In this document: positions 1 to 12,742 of the stretch, piece after piece
Layout: the number at the start of each line of letters is the position of its first letter
Position numbering within the stretch: the first letter of the stretch is position 1
NCBI RefSeq assembly: GCF_046119375.1
Contig: NW_027362771.1
Location: 585,032,001 to 585,096,000, forward strand
Direction of reading: 5' to 3'
Length of the DNA: 64,000 bases
Origin: Phyllobates terribilis
Lineage: Eukaryota
Made by a program: the position numbers and the translations under genes
The notes under the pieces: generated by a model
Told to the model about the DNA's origin: nothing
Seen by the model: only the letters and a program-made list of their open reading frames with translations
The model's database searches: none

Positions 1-129
1 AAAAAAAAATGGAGATCTTCATTATTCCTGCAGAGATCCATCCCCTGCCCCTCCCCCCACCCCGCTGTACACTCAAACTGCGTATTAACATTAATTTTCA
101 TCATTACTGAGAAAAAATCCAGTTATGAT

Positions 130-276
130 TTTGGTGCACGAACAGTTATCGAACATAACCTCGAACAGCCGGATTTTTCTCAAATTGTTCGTGTTCACCG
201 AACGGCTCGAACACCGCCCAAAACAGCTCGAATTTGAGATTGGCGAACAGTTCGAGTAGAACAACGCTCATCTCTA
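130..276. mobile_element. End fragment of a non-autonomous MITE-like repeat (TAGAGATGAGCG-type terminus)
   Basis: Ends in ...acaacgctcatctcta (reverse complement TAGAGATGAGCG) and contains repeated (c/t)tcgaac motifs. The pattern is recalled as a common frog interspersed repeat. Confidence 0.4.
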
Positions 277-640
277 GTGCACAGCAATCCTGGCCGTGAC
301 CAAGGTATCACAGTCACAGAACAGCGCTGTCAGTAGGGGACATTCACTCATCCTCCTCCTGCACGTCCCGGCAGCTGTAGCGCCTCCCTATGGGCAGTTA
401 TACAGAACACAGGACTAGCAGTTTCTACATTTAAGAAAAACCCAAAACATCCAATTGTGAAAACATTTTTTTTTCCTGCCATCTGTTGCACTTTTGTTCC
501 TGGGAAAACCCCTTTAAATTCCCCTCCCCCAAATAAAAAAAAAATTAAAAATAAATACAAAAAAAGTATCACAATATAAAAGGATTTAACCCATTAAGGT
601 CTTGAACTGCAGAATTTAACTGCCAGGTCATTTTTATCAT

Positions 641-682
<42 letters not shown>
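641..682. repeat. (GATA)n microsatellite, ~10 units
   Basis: Direct reading: atagatagatag... Confidence 0.95.
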
Positions 683-684
<2 letters not shown>

Positions 685-889
685 AAAAACAAACAAACAA
701 ACAATGGCAGAAAAAGAAATAAACGAAAGAGCAAAAAAAAATATGAAAAAAGGCTACGACAGGAAAGGGTTAATAATAGAGTAGCCAATATATGAGGAAC
801 TAGCAGCAGACATCACACTGACAGATGATTGTGTGCAGCCCCCTGGACTCCTCCATGCATATGATGATGATGATGGAGGGGGCGATCAC

Positions 890-988
890 CTGGTATGGCG
901 GCGGGGGCTCCCCGGGCAGGCTGGCACCGTCTGAATCGTTGAGCAGGGACAGATCATCAGCAGTCTGCGAGGACAGACAGTTCCCCAT
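890..988 (-). CDS. rnf11: RING finger protein 11-like, first coding exon (gene continues left of the window)
   Basis: ATG at 988 gives MGNCLSSQTADDLSLLNDSDGASLPGEPPPPYQ (33 codons), then a GT donor (CAG|GTGATC). It shows the RNF11 N-terminal hallmarks: G2 myristoylation, C4, acidic dileucine DDLSLL and the PPPPY motif. Probably an RNF11 paralog rather than the mammalian ortholog. Confidence 0.85.
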
Positions 989-1079
989 CCCCCAATCCCG
1001 GAGCTCCCCGCGCCCCAAGTCTCCAGCTCCGGGCTGTTTACACTCACGTCCGGCAAGTCTGTGCAATAGCTGAAAGGAA

Positions 1080-1375
1080 AAAACTACAACTCCCGACACG
1101 CTCCTGGGCTGAGCTTATTGTATACGTCATCACCGTGCGCCCGCACTGAGCACGTGATCGGGCTGCTCAGTCACGTGGTGTAAATTCCTCCTAGATTCTC
1201 CTACATGGCTGCTTAATTGGTTCATGGCGCTGATTACAGATGGATCTGCGTCGTTATTCCCTGTTTTAGTCGATCTCCAATCTGTGGCAACTCCATCAGT
1301 TGTGGGACTACAACTCCCAGCATGCTTCAACAGCCAATGGCCATCAGGGCATGCTGGGAGTTGTAGTTCTCACAG
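1080..1375 (-). promoter_or_regulatory. Promoter region of the rnf11-like gene
   Basis: Lies just upstream of the minus-strand ATG. Contains CACGTG E-boxes (~1152, ~1173), three ACTACAACTCCC (ZNF143/THAP11-type) motifs at ~1083, ~1307 and (reverse) ~1355, and a CCAAT. Confidence 0.55.
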
Positions 1376-3575
1376 GTGATTTGAGTGCCATTGCATTTTT
1401 TTGTCTTATTTCTTTTATTTCTTCTAACTAAGGGGAATAAAACTGATTCTTTGATGCATTTTAGTCCTTTTTTTTCTGGTTTTCATTGTTTTACATTTTG
1501 TGCTTTAGTCTTAAATTTGCGGGTTTCTTTGTTTTCAAATCAATTTTTTATGTTTTTGTGTTTTTATTTTTAATGGTTTACATTGTAGCCGAGGTTTGGG
1601 GTCTTGAGATGTTTTCGGCTGATTCATCAATTCCATTTTACATATTTTTAGCCCAAATATGTCCCGTTTCCCCTTCCTGGAGTCATTTCATTTGCTCTTG
1701 GGGAGTTTTCTGTGCAAATTTTGCTTTCTTTTAACAGAACTCGTTACTTTTTTTGTGTTAAAAAGTTGCAAAAATGGTTAAAAGAAAAAAAAAATTTTTT
1801 TTGATTTTGTACAAAATTGATGAATCCTGTCGGCCATTTTGGTTAATGTGATGCAAAAAAACCAAAACATCAATCAATACAAAACAGAGAAAAGAAAGGC
1901 CGATTCAGCAAAGTCCCCATGGGCCCCTCTTCGCTTCCGATTTTTCCTCCTCGCCTTCCAAGACCTGGGTTGTTTTTTCTTTTTTTCGGATGACGGCCTT
2001 CATTTTTGCAGCACGAGCCATTAGGTTTTATTCTTACCCTTTTGGGGTCTATATAACTTTCCGATATATTTTTATTCCATTGTTTTAAATCTTTGTTAGA
2101 ACTTTTTTTTATATATGGTAACATTTTTTTTTATTTTTTATTTTTTTTAGATTTTGCTCTTTCAGTTTTTGTTTTGTTTCAGCCTTTTCGTTCGGGTAGT
2201 AATGTAAACCGCAATACCAGATATGTTCATTTATTTTTTATTTTCTAGATTTTTTTAAATTTTTTAAGGACTTTTTTTTTATATATTCAAAATTATTTTT
2301 TTTTTTAGATTCTGCGCTTTCAGTTTTTGTTTTATTTGTTTCAGCATTTTCTTCATTTGGGTAGTAATGCAAGCCGCAATACCAGATATGTTCATTTTTT
2401 ATTTTCTAGATTTTTTTCATTTTTTAAAATTTTTTGCTTGCCGTTTTATGCAGACATTATGTTGCACTGCTGTTACATTACTTCAGTATAAAGCTGCCAC
2501 AGTATGTTGGTAATGTTCCAGCACTATATGGTGGTACTTACCTGTATGGCATTGATACTTGAGTACTGTGCCATATATTATTTTGTAGAGGAAGGTGCAG
2601 CAATCAATTGCCACAGGGGTCCTACACAGAAGGAATCACACAGGGTATCACCCAATATAAGGCCCTCCGTGGAGAACATCATCTGAGAGCACCAGGCACT
2701 GGGTAGGACCACCGAATCCTGGAGACAGTCCTGGTAAATAGTCATTGTCCTTTCAACAAACTTTGTATGAATCAAAAGTACAAGTGAATATAAGAAACTT
2801 GTCATCGCCCCGAACGCTTCAGTCATTCTGAAAAACTGCTAATATCCATCAAGGTCAAAACCAGATTACAGCTGCCTATGGAGGTATATATCCCCATCAA
2901 TATACTTCAGTAGGCAGCTGTAATCCTGACCCGAGACAGTAGGGGGCGACACACTGTTATGTTTCACCTAGTGAGGTGGGTCCTCAAAGCCCCCAGTCTG
3001 GAAAAGCAGCTCTTAAAGGAAATCTGTCATGACGATTGAATCTCCCCACACACACACTCCAGACAGGTGTGTAACGGTTTCAATCTTAGATGTTGTGACC
3101 GGGCCTGTGTGGGAGGGGGGCCCACCGACCACACCACCTACTTTAGCTGGATGTGCATCCTCGGATTGGTGCAGGGACCCGCCGGCGCCAATCAGAGGCC
3201 GGTAGCTGACATTGGCATGCCAGGCATTGGCATCTCGTGGCAGTGACATCATATATCGCCATAGCAGGCACATCGATGTCAGCTGCCGGCCTCTGATTGG
3301 CCGGCTGTGAGTATTGTAGTGCAGAGAGCCGGAGCGCCGCTGCTCTGCAATACACTTCAGGTGAATATGCTGAAGGACACACATCCAGCCGAAGAAGGCG
3401 CTGGGGTCGGCGGTCCACCCCACCTTCCCCCACACGGGCCCGGAAGAGGTTGCCGTACGTCGAGGGAGCGGAGGAAGGCGAGAAGAATGTTTTGGGTTTT
3501 TTTTATTATGGAGAACGGGGAACATCTGTACCAGGATGGGAGACACACAGTATATACCAGGATATGGGGGACGTA

Positions 3576-3745
3576 CAGTTGAAACCAGAAGTTTCCATAC
3601 ACTATATAAAAAGACACATCTGCATGTTTTTCTCAATATCTGACATGAAATCAGAATAAATCTTTCCCGTTTTAGGTCAATTAGGATTACCAGAATAATG
3701 CAAAGTCAAAAGTTTACATACACTCAGATTACTATGCCTTTAAAC
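3576..3745 (+). mobile_element. Left IR/DR end fragment of a Sleeping-Beauty-like Tc1 element
   Basis: TA|CAGTTGAAACCAGAAGTTTCCATACAC outer repeat and AAGTCAAAAGTTTACATACAC inner repeat resemble Tc1 IR/DR ends. Part of it is repeated at ~4218-4345. Confidence 0.6.
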
Positions 3746-3752
3746 AATGGAG

Positions 3753-5550
3753 GCTGATAGCAGTGCTGGAAGAAGGATGTAGCAGAGTTATAACAGTGGA
3801 AGCCAAAAGCAATGCTGGAAGAAGGATGTAGCAGAGTTATAACAGCAGAAGCTGATAGCAATGCTGGAAGAAGGATGTAGCAGAGTTATAACAGCAGAAG
3901 CTGATAGCAGTGCTGGAACAAGGATGTAGCAGAGTTATAACAGCGGAAGCTGATAGCAATGCTGGAACAAGGATGTAGCAGAGTTATAACAGCAGAAGCT
4001 GATAGCAGTGCTGGAACAAGGATGTAGCAGAGGTATAACAGCGGAAGCTGATAGCAGTGCTGGAAGAAGGATGTAGCAGAGTTATAACAGCGGAAGCTGA
4101 TAGCAATGTTGGAACAAAGATGTAGCAGAGTTATAACAGCGGAATTATAGCAGCGGAAGCTGATAGCAGTGCTGGAACAAGGATGTAGCAGAGTTATAAC
4201 AGTGGAAGCTGATAGCAGGTCAATTAGGATTACCATCATTTTTAATATTTGCCAAATGCCAGAATAATGAGAGAGAGCGAATGTTTTAAGGCATTTTTAT
4301 TACTTACTGCAAAGTCAAAAGTTTACATACACTCAGATTACCATGCCTTTAAACAATTGAGGCTGATAGCAGTGCTGGAAGAAGGATGTAGCAGATTTAT
4401 AACAGCAGAAGCTGATAGCAGTGCTGGAACAAGGATGTAGCAGAGTTATAACAGCGGAAGCCAAAAGCAATGCTGGAAGAAGGATGTAGCAGAGTTATAA
4501 CAGCAGAAGCTGATAGCAGTGCTGGAACAAGGATGTAGCAGAGTTATAACAGTGGAAGCTGATAGCAGTGCTGGAACAAGGATGTAGCAGAGTTATAACA
4601 GCGGAAGCTGATAGCAGTGCTGGAACAAGGATGTAGCAGAGTTATAACAGTGGAAGCTGATAGCAGTGCTGGAACAAGGATGTAGCAGAGTTATAACAGT
4701 GGAAGCTGATAGCAGTGCTGGAACAAGGATGTAGCAGAGTTATAACAGTGGAAGCTGATAGCAGTGCTGGAACAAGGATGTAGCAGAGTTATAACAGTGG
4801 AAGCTGATAGCAGTGCTGGAACAAGGATGTAGCAGAGTTATTACAGCGGAAGCTGATAGCAGTGCTGGAACAAGGATGTAGCAGAGTTATTACAGCAGAA
4901 GCTGATAGCAGTGCTGGAACAAGGATGTAGCAGAGTTATAACAGCAGAAGCTGATAGCAGTGCTGGAACAAGGATGTAGCAGAGTTATAACAGCGGAAGC
5001 TGATAGCAATGCTGGAACAAGGATGTAGCAGAGTTATAACAGTGGAAGCTGATAGCAATGCTAGAATAAGAATGTAGCAGAGTTATAACAGCGGAAGCTG
5101 ATATCAGTGCTGGAACTAGGATGTAGCAGAGTTATAACAGCAGAAGCTGATAGCAGTGCTGGAACAAGGATGTAGCAGAGTTATAACAGCGGAAGCTGAT
5201 AGCAATGCTAGAATAAGAATGTAGCAGAGTTATAACAGCGGAAGCTGATATCAGTGCTGGAACTAGGATGTAGCAGAGTTATAACAGCAAAAGCTGATAG
5301 CAGTGCTGGAACAAGGATGTAGCAGAGTTATAACAGCAGAAGCTGATAGCAATGCTGGAACAAGGATGTAGCAGAGTTATAACAGCGGAAGCTGATAGCA
5401 GTGCTGGAACAAGGATGTAGCAGAGTTATAACAGCAGAAGCTGATAGCAGTGCTGGAACAAGGATGTAGCAGAGTTATAACAGTGGAGGCTGATAGCAGT
5501 GCTGGAACAAGGATGTAGCAGAGGTGTAACAGCAGAAACTGATAGCAGTG
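3753..5550. repeat. 49-bp tandem array (~34 units), interrupted at ~4218-4362
   Basis: Unit gctgatagcagtgctggaacaaggatgtagcagagttataacagcggaa. Period 49 (4561 to 4610). Confidence 0.95.
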
Positions 5551-5744
5551 CTAAAATAAGAATGTAGCTGAGTTGTAGTTTAGTCTAAGTAGCACACCAA
5601 TGCCAGCACTAAGTAGTCAGGTTGCCACAGCAAATTGATTCACAGAAGCAGACAAAACAGTATGATGGAGAGAGGCAACGAAGCGTTCACCACTGGAACC
5701 AAGAAAAGGTGAGTAACATGCACAATAACATTGTAGTTTTATAG

Positions 5745-8515
5745 TGAGTGTTTATCTCACCCCAGCACTGGATGCACAGCTACACTGCTCAGTACTGATG
5801 TATAATGTCCTGCTGCTTCTATGAGTGTTTATCTCACCCCAGCACTGGATGCAGAGCTACACTGCTCAGTACTGATGTATAATGTCCTGCTGCTTCTATG
5901 AGTGTTTATCTCACCCCAGCACTGGATGCAGAGCTACACTGCTCAGTACTGATGTATAATGTCCTGCTGCTTCTATGAGTGTTTATCTCACCCCAGCACT
6001 GGATGCAGAGCTACACTGCTCAGTACTGATGTATAATGTCCTGCTGCTTCTATGAGTGTTTATCTCACCCCAGCACTGGATGCACAGCTACACTGCTCAG
6101 TACTGATGTATAATGTCCTGCTGCTTCTATGAGTGTTTATCTCACCCCAGCACTGGATGCACAGCTACACTGCTCAGTACTGATGTATAATGTCCTGCTG
6201 CTTCTATGAGTGTTTATCTCACCCCAGCACTGGATGCACAGATACACTGCTCAGTACTGATGAATAATGTCCTGCTGCTTCTATGAGTGTTTATCTCACC
6301 CAAGCACTGGATGCAGAGCTACACTGCTCAGTACTGATGTATAATGTCCTGCTGCTTCTATGAGTGTTTATCTCACCCCAGCACTGGATGCAGAGCTACA
6401 CTGCTCAGTACTGATGTATAATGTCCTGCTGCTTCTATGAGTGTTTATCTCACCCCAGCACTGGATGCAGAGCTACACTGCTCAGTACTGATGTATAATG
6501 TCCTGCTGCTTCTATGAGTGTTTATCTCACCCCAGCACTGGATGCAGAGCTACACTGCTCAGTACTGATGTATAATGTCCTGCTGCTTCTATGAGTGTTT
6601 ATCTCACCCCAGCACTGGATGCACAGCTACACTGCTCAGTACTGATGTATAATGTCCTGCTGCTTCTATGAGTGTTTATCTCACCCCAGCACTGGATGCA
6701 CAGCTACACTGCTCAGTACTGATGTATAATGTCCTGCTGCTTCTATGAGTGTTTATCTCACCCCAGCACTGGATGCAGAGCTACACTGCTCAGTACTGAT
6801 GTATAATGTCCTGCTGCTTCTATGAGTGTTTATCTCACCCCAGCACTGGATGCAGAGCTACACTGCTCAGTACTGATGTATAATGTCCTGCTGCTTCTAT
6901 GAGTGTTTATCTCACCCCAGCACTGGATGCACAGCTACACTGCTCAGTACTGATGTATAATGTCCTGCTGCTTCTATGAGTGTTTATCTCACCCCAGCAC
7001 TGGATGCACAGCTACACTGCTCAGTACTGATGTATAATGTCCTGCTGCTTCTATGAGTGTTTATCTCACCCCAGCACTGGATGCAGAGCTACACTGCTCA
7101 GTACTGATGTATAATGTCCTGCTGCTTCTATGAGTGTTTATCTCACCTCAGCACTAGATGCAGAGCTACACTGCTCAGTACTGATGTATAATGTCCTGCT
7201 GCTTCTATGAGTGTTTATCTCACCCCAGCACTGGATGCAGAGCTACACTGCTCAGTACTGATGTATAATGTCCTGCTGCTTCTATGAGTGTTTATCTCAC
7301 CTCAGCACTGGATGCAGAGCTACACTGCTCAGTACTGATGTATAATGTCCTGCTGCTTCTATGAGTGTTTATCTCACCCCAGCACTGGATGCAGAGCTAC
7401 ACTGCTCAGTACTGATGTATAATGTCCTGCTGCTTCTATGAGTGTTTATCTCACCCCAGCACTGGATGCAGAGCTACACTGCTCAGTACTGATGTATAAT
7501 GTCCTGCTGCTTCTATGAGTGTTTATCTCACCCCAGCACTGGATGCACAGCTACACTGCTCAGTACTGATGTATAATGTCCTGCTGCTTCTATGAGTGTT
7601 TATCTCACCCCAGCACTGGATGCAGAGCTACACTGCTCAGTACTGATGTATAATGTCCTGCTGCTTCTTTGAGTGTTTATCTCACCCCAGCACTGGATGC
7701 AGAGCTACACTGCTCAGTACTGATGTATAATGTCCTGCTGCTTCTATGAGTGTTTATCTCGCTCCAGCACTGGATGCAGAGCTACACTGCTCAGTACTGA
7801 TGTATAATGTCCTGCTGCTTCTATGAGTGTTTATCTCACCCCAGCACTGGATGCAGAGCTACACTGCTCAGTACTGATGTATAATGTCCTGCTGCTTCTA
7901 TGAGTGTTTATCTCACCCCAGCACTGGATGCAGAGCTACACTGCTCAGTACTGATGTATAATGTCCTGCTGCTTCTTTGAGTGTTTATCTCACCCCAGCA
8001 CTGGATGCAGAGCTACACTGCTCAGTACTGATGTATAATGTCCTGCTGCTTCTATGAGTGTTTATCTCGCTCCAGCACTGGATGCAGAGCTACACTGCTC
8101 AGTACTGATGTATAATGTCCTGCTGCTTCTATGAGTGTTTATCTCGCTCCAGCACTGGATGCACAGCTACACTGCTCAGTACTGATGTATAATGTCCTGC
8201 TGCTTCTATGACTGTTTATCTCACCCCAGCACTGGATGCAGAGCTACACTGCTCAGTACTGATGTATAATGTCCTGCTGCTTCTATGAGTTTTTATCTCA
8301 CTCCAGCACTGGATGCAGAGCTACACTGCTCAGTACTGATGTATAATGTCCTGCTGCTTCTATGAGTGTTTATCTCGCTCCAGCACTGGATGCACAGCTA
8401 CACTGCTCAGTACTGATGTATAATGTCCTGCTGCTTCTATGACTGTTTATCTCACCCCAGCACTGGATGCAGAGCTACACTGCTCAGTACTAATGTATAA
8501 TGTCCTGCTGCTTCT
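5745..8515. repeat. 77-bp tandem array, ~36 highly homogeneous units
   Basis: Unit atgagtgtttatctcaccccagcactggatgcagagctacactgctcagtactgatgtataatgtcctgctgcttct. Period 77 (5821 to 5898). Confidence 0.97.
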
Positions 8516-9128
8516 AAGCATGTGCTGCAGAGCAGGAATCCCTCAGGTCTGTGTTTCTACCCAGTAGGTCTGAGACAAATGATAACTGATGAAAAGGCAG
8601 CCCTGACAGATTCAGGTGCTAATTCCAAAATTCTGAGACTCCATAGATTATAGGGTGGATTATAGCATACCGACAGGATAATAGATACAAGTGTCTCTCC
8701 TGTATATGAAGTGTCCTGCGCGTCCCGGCGGTGCCCCAGTTTCGGCACCAGCAGCCCGTCTCGTTAGGTCACAGTGGAGCAGGCTCTCCCGTATACATTT
8801 GGGGGATGTTTCCGCTTGAACCACATTTAATTAGAGAAATGTCTCATCATTAGAGAAAGAAGCCTGTAACCCCTTGTGTCCATCTGTCAGCTCTGTCACA
8901 CGGCATTAGGATGAGGCACAAGCAGATGGCGCAGGGGGGCAACACCGCCTGCTTCACCGGGGATTTGTAAAGCTTAAGTCCTGCCATCCAGCACCGGGAC
9001 ACAACGTTACCCCGCAGAAGCCTCCTCACTCATTCTATAGGATTTCGGGGCTCACAAAACAATATTCACACCCAGGCACGTTCCACCCTCAGCAAATAAA
9101 TGTTAATTTAGTATACACCTTTCATATA

Positions 9129-11708
9129 CAGTGCTCAGCATAAATGAGTACACCCTTTTTGAAAAGTACGATTTTAATCAATTTCTCACTTCAACACACA
9201 AACAATTTACAACATTTTGAAACTTCTGAGTTTTATAGAACATTTTTTACCCCATAACATGAGAGTAAGGTTATTTATATAACTTTCTTTACAAAATATT
9301 CAGTTTTACTCAAATTAAGTTGATGCAAAAATGAGTACACCCCACATCAAAAACTCCAACATCTAGTATTTTGTTTGACTTCCATGATTAGGATTATTAA
9401 GGAAAGCACCAAGTCTTCTAGGCCTGGGATCAACAAGTTGGCGACATATTGTAACATCTATCTTTTTCCATTCTCCAAGAACGAGTTCTCTTAGAGCCTG
9501 GACGTTGGATGGAGAGTGATGACAACTTGACTCTTCAGAGGTTCCCACAGGTGTTCGGTTGGGGTCAGATCAGGAGACACTTGGCCACCGAGTCACTGTC
9601 ACCCTGTTCTTATGAAATGCAACAAATGTGAGTTTTGTATCATTGAGATGTTGGAAAAGTGCTCGTCTACCAAGGGCACAGAGTGATGGCGGCATCTTAT
9701 CTGTCACTATAGAGCAGTACATCTGTGAATTCATGATACCATCAATGACATGTAGCCCTCAACACCAGCAGCTCATGTGCCCCCGACACCAGCAGCTCAT
9801 GTGCCCCCGACACCAGCAGCTCATGTGCCCCCGACACCAGCAGCTCATGTGCCCCCCCGACACTGGCAGCTCATGTGCCCCCCGACACCAGCAGCTCATG
9901 TGCCCCCGACACCAGCAGCTCATGTGCCCCCCGACACCAGCAGCTCATGTGCCCCCCCCTGACACCAGCAGCTCATGTGCCCCCGACACCAGCAGCTCAT
10001 GTGCCTCCCTACACCAGCAGCTCATGTGCCCCCCGACACTGGCAGCTCATGTGCCCCTGACACCAGCAGTCCATGTGTCCCCCGACACCGGCAGTTCATG
10101 TGCCCCCGACACCAGCAGCTCATGTGCTCCCCCCTGACACGAGCAGCTCATGTGCCCCCCGACACCAGCAGCTCATGTGCGCCCTCCATCAGCAGTCCAT
10201 GTGCCCCCGACACCAGCAGCTCATGTGCCCCCTGACACCAGCAGCTCATGTGCCCCCCGACACCAGCAGCTCATGTGCCCCCCGACACCAGCAGCTCATG
10301 TGCCCCCCCGACACTGGCAGCTCACGTACCCCCTGACACCAGCAGCTCATGTGTCCCCTGACACCGGCAGTTCATGTGCCCCCGACACCAGCAGCTCATG
10401 TGCCCCCCCTGACACGAGCAGCTCATGTGCCCCCCGACACCAGCAGCTCATGTGCCCCCCCCATCAGCAGTCCATGTGCCCCCGACACCAGCAGCTCATG
10501 TGCCCCCCGACACCAGCAGCTCATGTGCCCCCCGCCACCAGCAGCTCATGTGCCCCCCGACACCAGCAGCTCATGTGCCCCCGACACCAGCAGCTCATGT
10601 GCCCCCCGACACCAGCAGCTCATGTGCCCCCGACACCAGCAGCTCATGTGCCCCCCCGACACCAGCAGCTCATGTGCCCCCTGACACCAGCAGTCCATGT
10701 GCCCCCCGACACCAGCAGCTCATGTGCCCCCGACACCAGCAGTCCATGTGCCCCCGACACCAGCAGCTCATGTGCCCCCGACACCAGCAGTCCATGTGCC
10801 CCCTGACACCAGCAGTCCATGTGCCCCACATAAGGACGCGGCCACCACCATGTGTCACTGCAGGCACCCGGCATTTTTCCTTGCTTTCGTCATCTCACAG
10901 TTTTGAAGCCGTCCGTTCCAGAAGCCTTTATCTTGGTCTCATCCCTGCAGAGTATGGAGGCCCCGGATCTTCATGGTTTTCATCGTGGACCCTGGCACAT
11001 TGCAGGTGGCTTTCCTGTGCATGGGCTTTAGGAGAGGATTCCCTTGTGGACGACCCCCATACGTGTAGTTCCCCTGACCTGTACCCCATATTGTGTCACC
11101 CCAGTTTGGCTTTCTGTTTCTTTAGATAACAGCAGTGATAATTACAGGTGGATTTTCTTCATCCCTTCTCATCAGAAGACGCTCCTGTCTAGGTGGTAAC
11201 TTCCGTGCTCGGCCCGGACTCTATGAGATGGTCGCAGTTCCATCTTCCATCACTTTTGCTTCAGTATCTTACCGATAAGTAAAGCTTTGCTGATTTTCTT
11301 GTAGACGTCACCTTTCTTGTGTAAAGAAATCATGTTCTTTCTCAGGTCTGGTGACATTTCTCTTCCATGTGGTGCCATTGCTGACAGCATGAAATGGGAA
11401 GAGGTTTTCTTTGTTAAGTAAAGGTACCGGTGATTGGATTCTTGTAGTGTTTTGTAATCTAAACGTCACCTTTGCGCCTAATACTTTAATTGGGGGTGTT
11501 CTCATTTTTCCAACATGGTCTTGAATAAATTTGTTAGCCAAATTACTTTTTTGGGTGCGCAAAATAATAAATCTTATTCGCAATCAATGACTCACATTTG
11601 TGTGAGTATTTTGTAGTATGGTGTCCCATAAAAAATGCTGAATTATTAAAGCAAATTTAAGGTTTTCTGTCAAATCTGTTGGGGTGTACTTATTTATGCA
11701 GAGCACTG
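9129..11708 (-). mobile_element. Decayed Tc1-family transposon, expanded by an internal minisatellite
   Basis: TIRs CAGTGCTCAGCATAAATGAGTACACCC / GGGTGTACTTATTTATGCAGAGCACTG flanked by TA. Minus-strand transposase remnants include GGGRVLMWG (~10830-10860) and ALRELVLGEWKKID...RRL...GSQTKY (9363-9548). Frameshifted. Confidence 0.85.
9762..10829. repeat. ~23-27-bp minisatellite (gacaccagcagctcatgtg + variable C run), ~43 units
   Basis: Direct reading. Lies inside the decayed Tc1 transposase. Confidence 0.95.
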
Positions 11709-12742
11709 TATATTTTCTGTATCCATTCTCAACAGTTTTCAAGATCTCTGCTTGCTGTCATTGCATAGAAATTCCATCATTTTTTATTACCAGATGCTAC
11801 AAACCAGTTGTGGTTACAAGTCATAGCTCTGATAACTCGGCCAGCTGGGACATCATGGTCCATACTGGGACTGTGAAAGTCAGAAGGATCAAACTGGTCT
11901 TACTGTAATGAACCATGCAGCTGTTGGCAATAAGGTCTAGAAAGTGAGCCATAAGGGAGCTCATGGAGCCTAATCATGGAAGCAGGCGATGTTTGGTAGT
12001 ACCTATGGATTTAGCATGTGATCTCCTTATACCCCTAATCAAACCACTGCCAAATATATGACAAACCACATTTCCATTCGGAAATGCCTGATCGCTTCCA
12101 CCTTACTTGGGCTCCGTAAGGTGACGATTGGGCGACTCCAGCCTAAGTTACCTTCCTATCTTATTTACTCTTCCTAAGCAGATTATATCAGACTTCCATT
12201 GCTTTTCTCCTCCCTCTATCCACTGCGTGTTTTCCTTTCTCACATTCCTTGGTTAATTATTACCTCTTTTCTGATACTGATACCATTCTGATTTAGAGGT
12301 TATGCTAATTTATCAGCTCTTCGCCGGATGTCCACAGTCAGACTTGTTCCAAGCCGCTCAACTCAGTAGAGTTTAGGGGCGGTGCTCTGGTTCTTACCCT
12401 TTAACACCTATATATCGAAATCTGCAGGTACCCCTATATTGTATATGTAGAGTATCTGCCGACCGGGAACAGAACCTGAAAGACAGGGACAAGGACAAAA
12501 ATGCATCCAAATGTGTGCTCTGTGGAAGCCGGGTCACCGTCCAAGAAGTCAATCAGAATAAACAGGAGGAAAGGAGTCAGGTAGTCCAAAAGTCAAACCA
12601 GTTAGGGCATCCAAGGGTTAATTAGGAGAGAGCACCAATTAAAAAAGCACCATGGTGTTATCCAAAAGGTACAAAATGTTTTTTTCACTTAATACTTTTA
12701 GTCAACTTTTTACTGTGGAATTACCTTTAATAACAAGCTGAA

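Noticed and set aside
2935-2950. CTCF-like ACAGTAGGGGGCG
   Set aside because: Imperfect core within repeat-like sequence and no other support.
5646-5708. Possible small exon ending AAG|GTGAGT between the two arrays
   Set aside because: Strong donor only; no coding similarity or partner exons.
5745-8515. CRISPR-like appearance of regular arrays (also 3753-5550, 24375-25495, 50168-51428)
   Set aside because: Head-to-tail repeats without unique spacers, eukaryotic context and no cas genes.
9628-11129. Overlapping PTPAAHV/RHQQLMC ORFs
   Set aside because: Translations of the minisatellite inside the dead Tc1.
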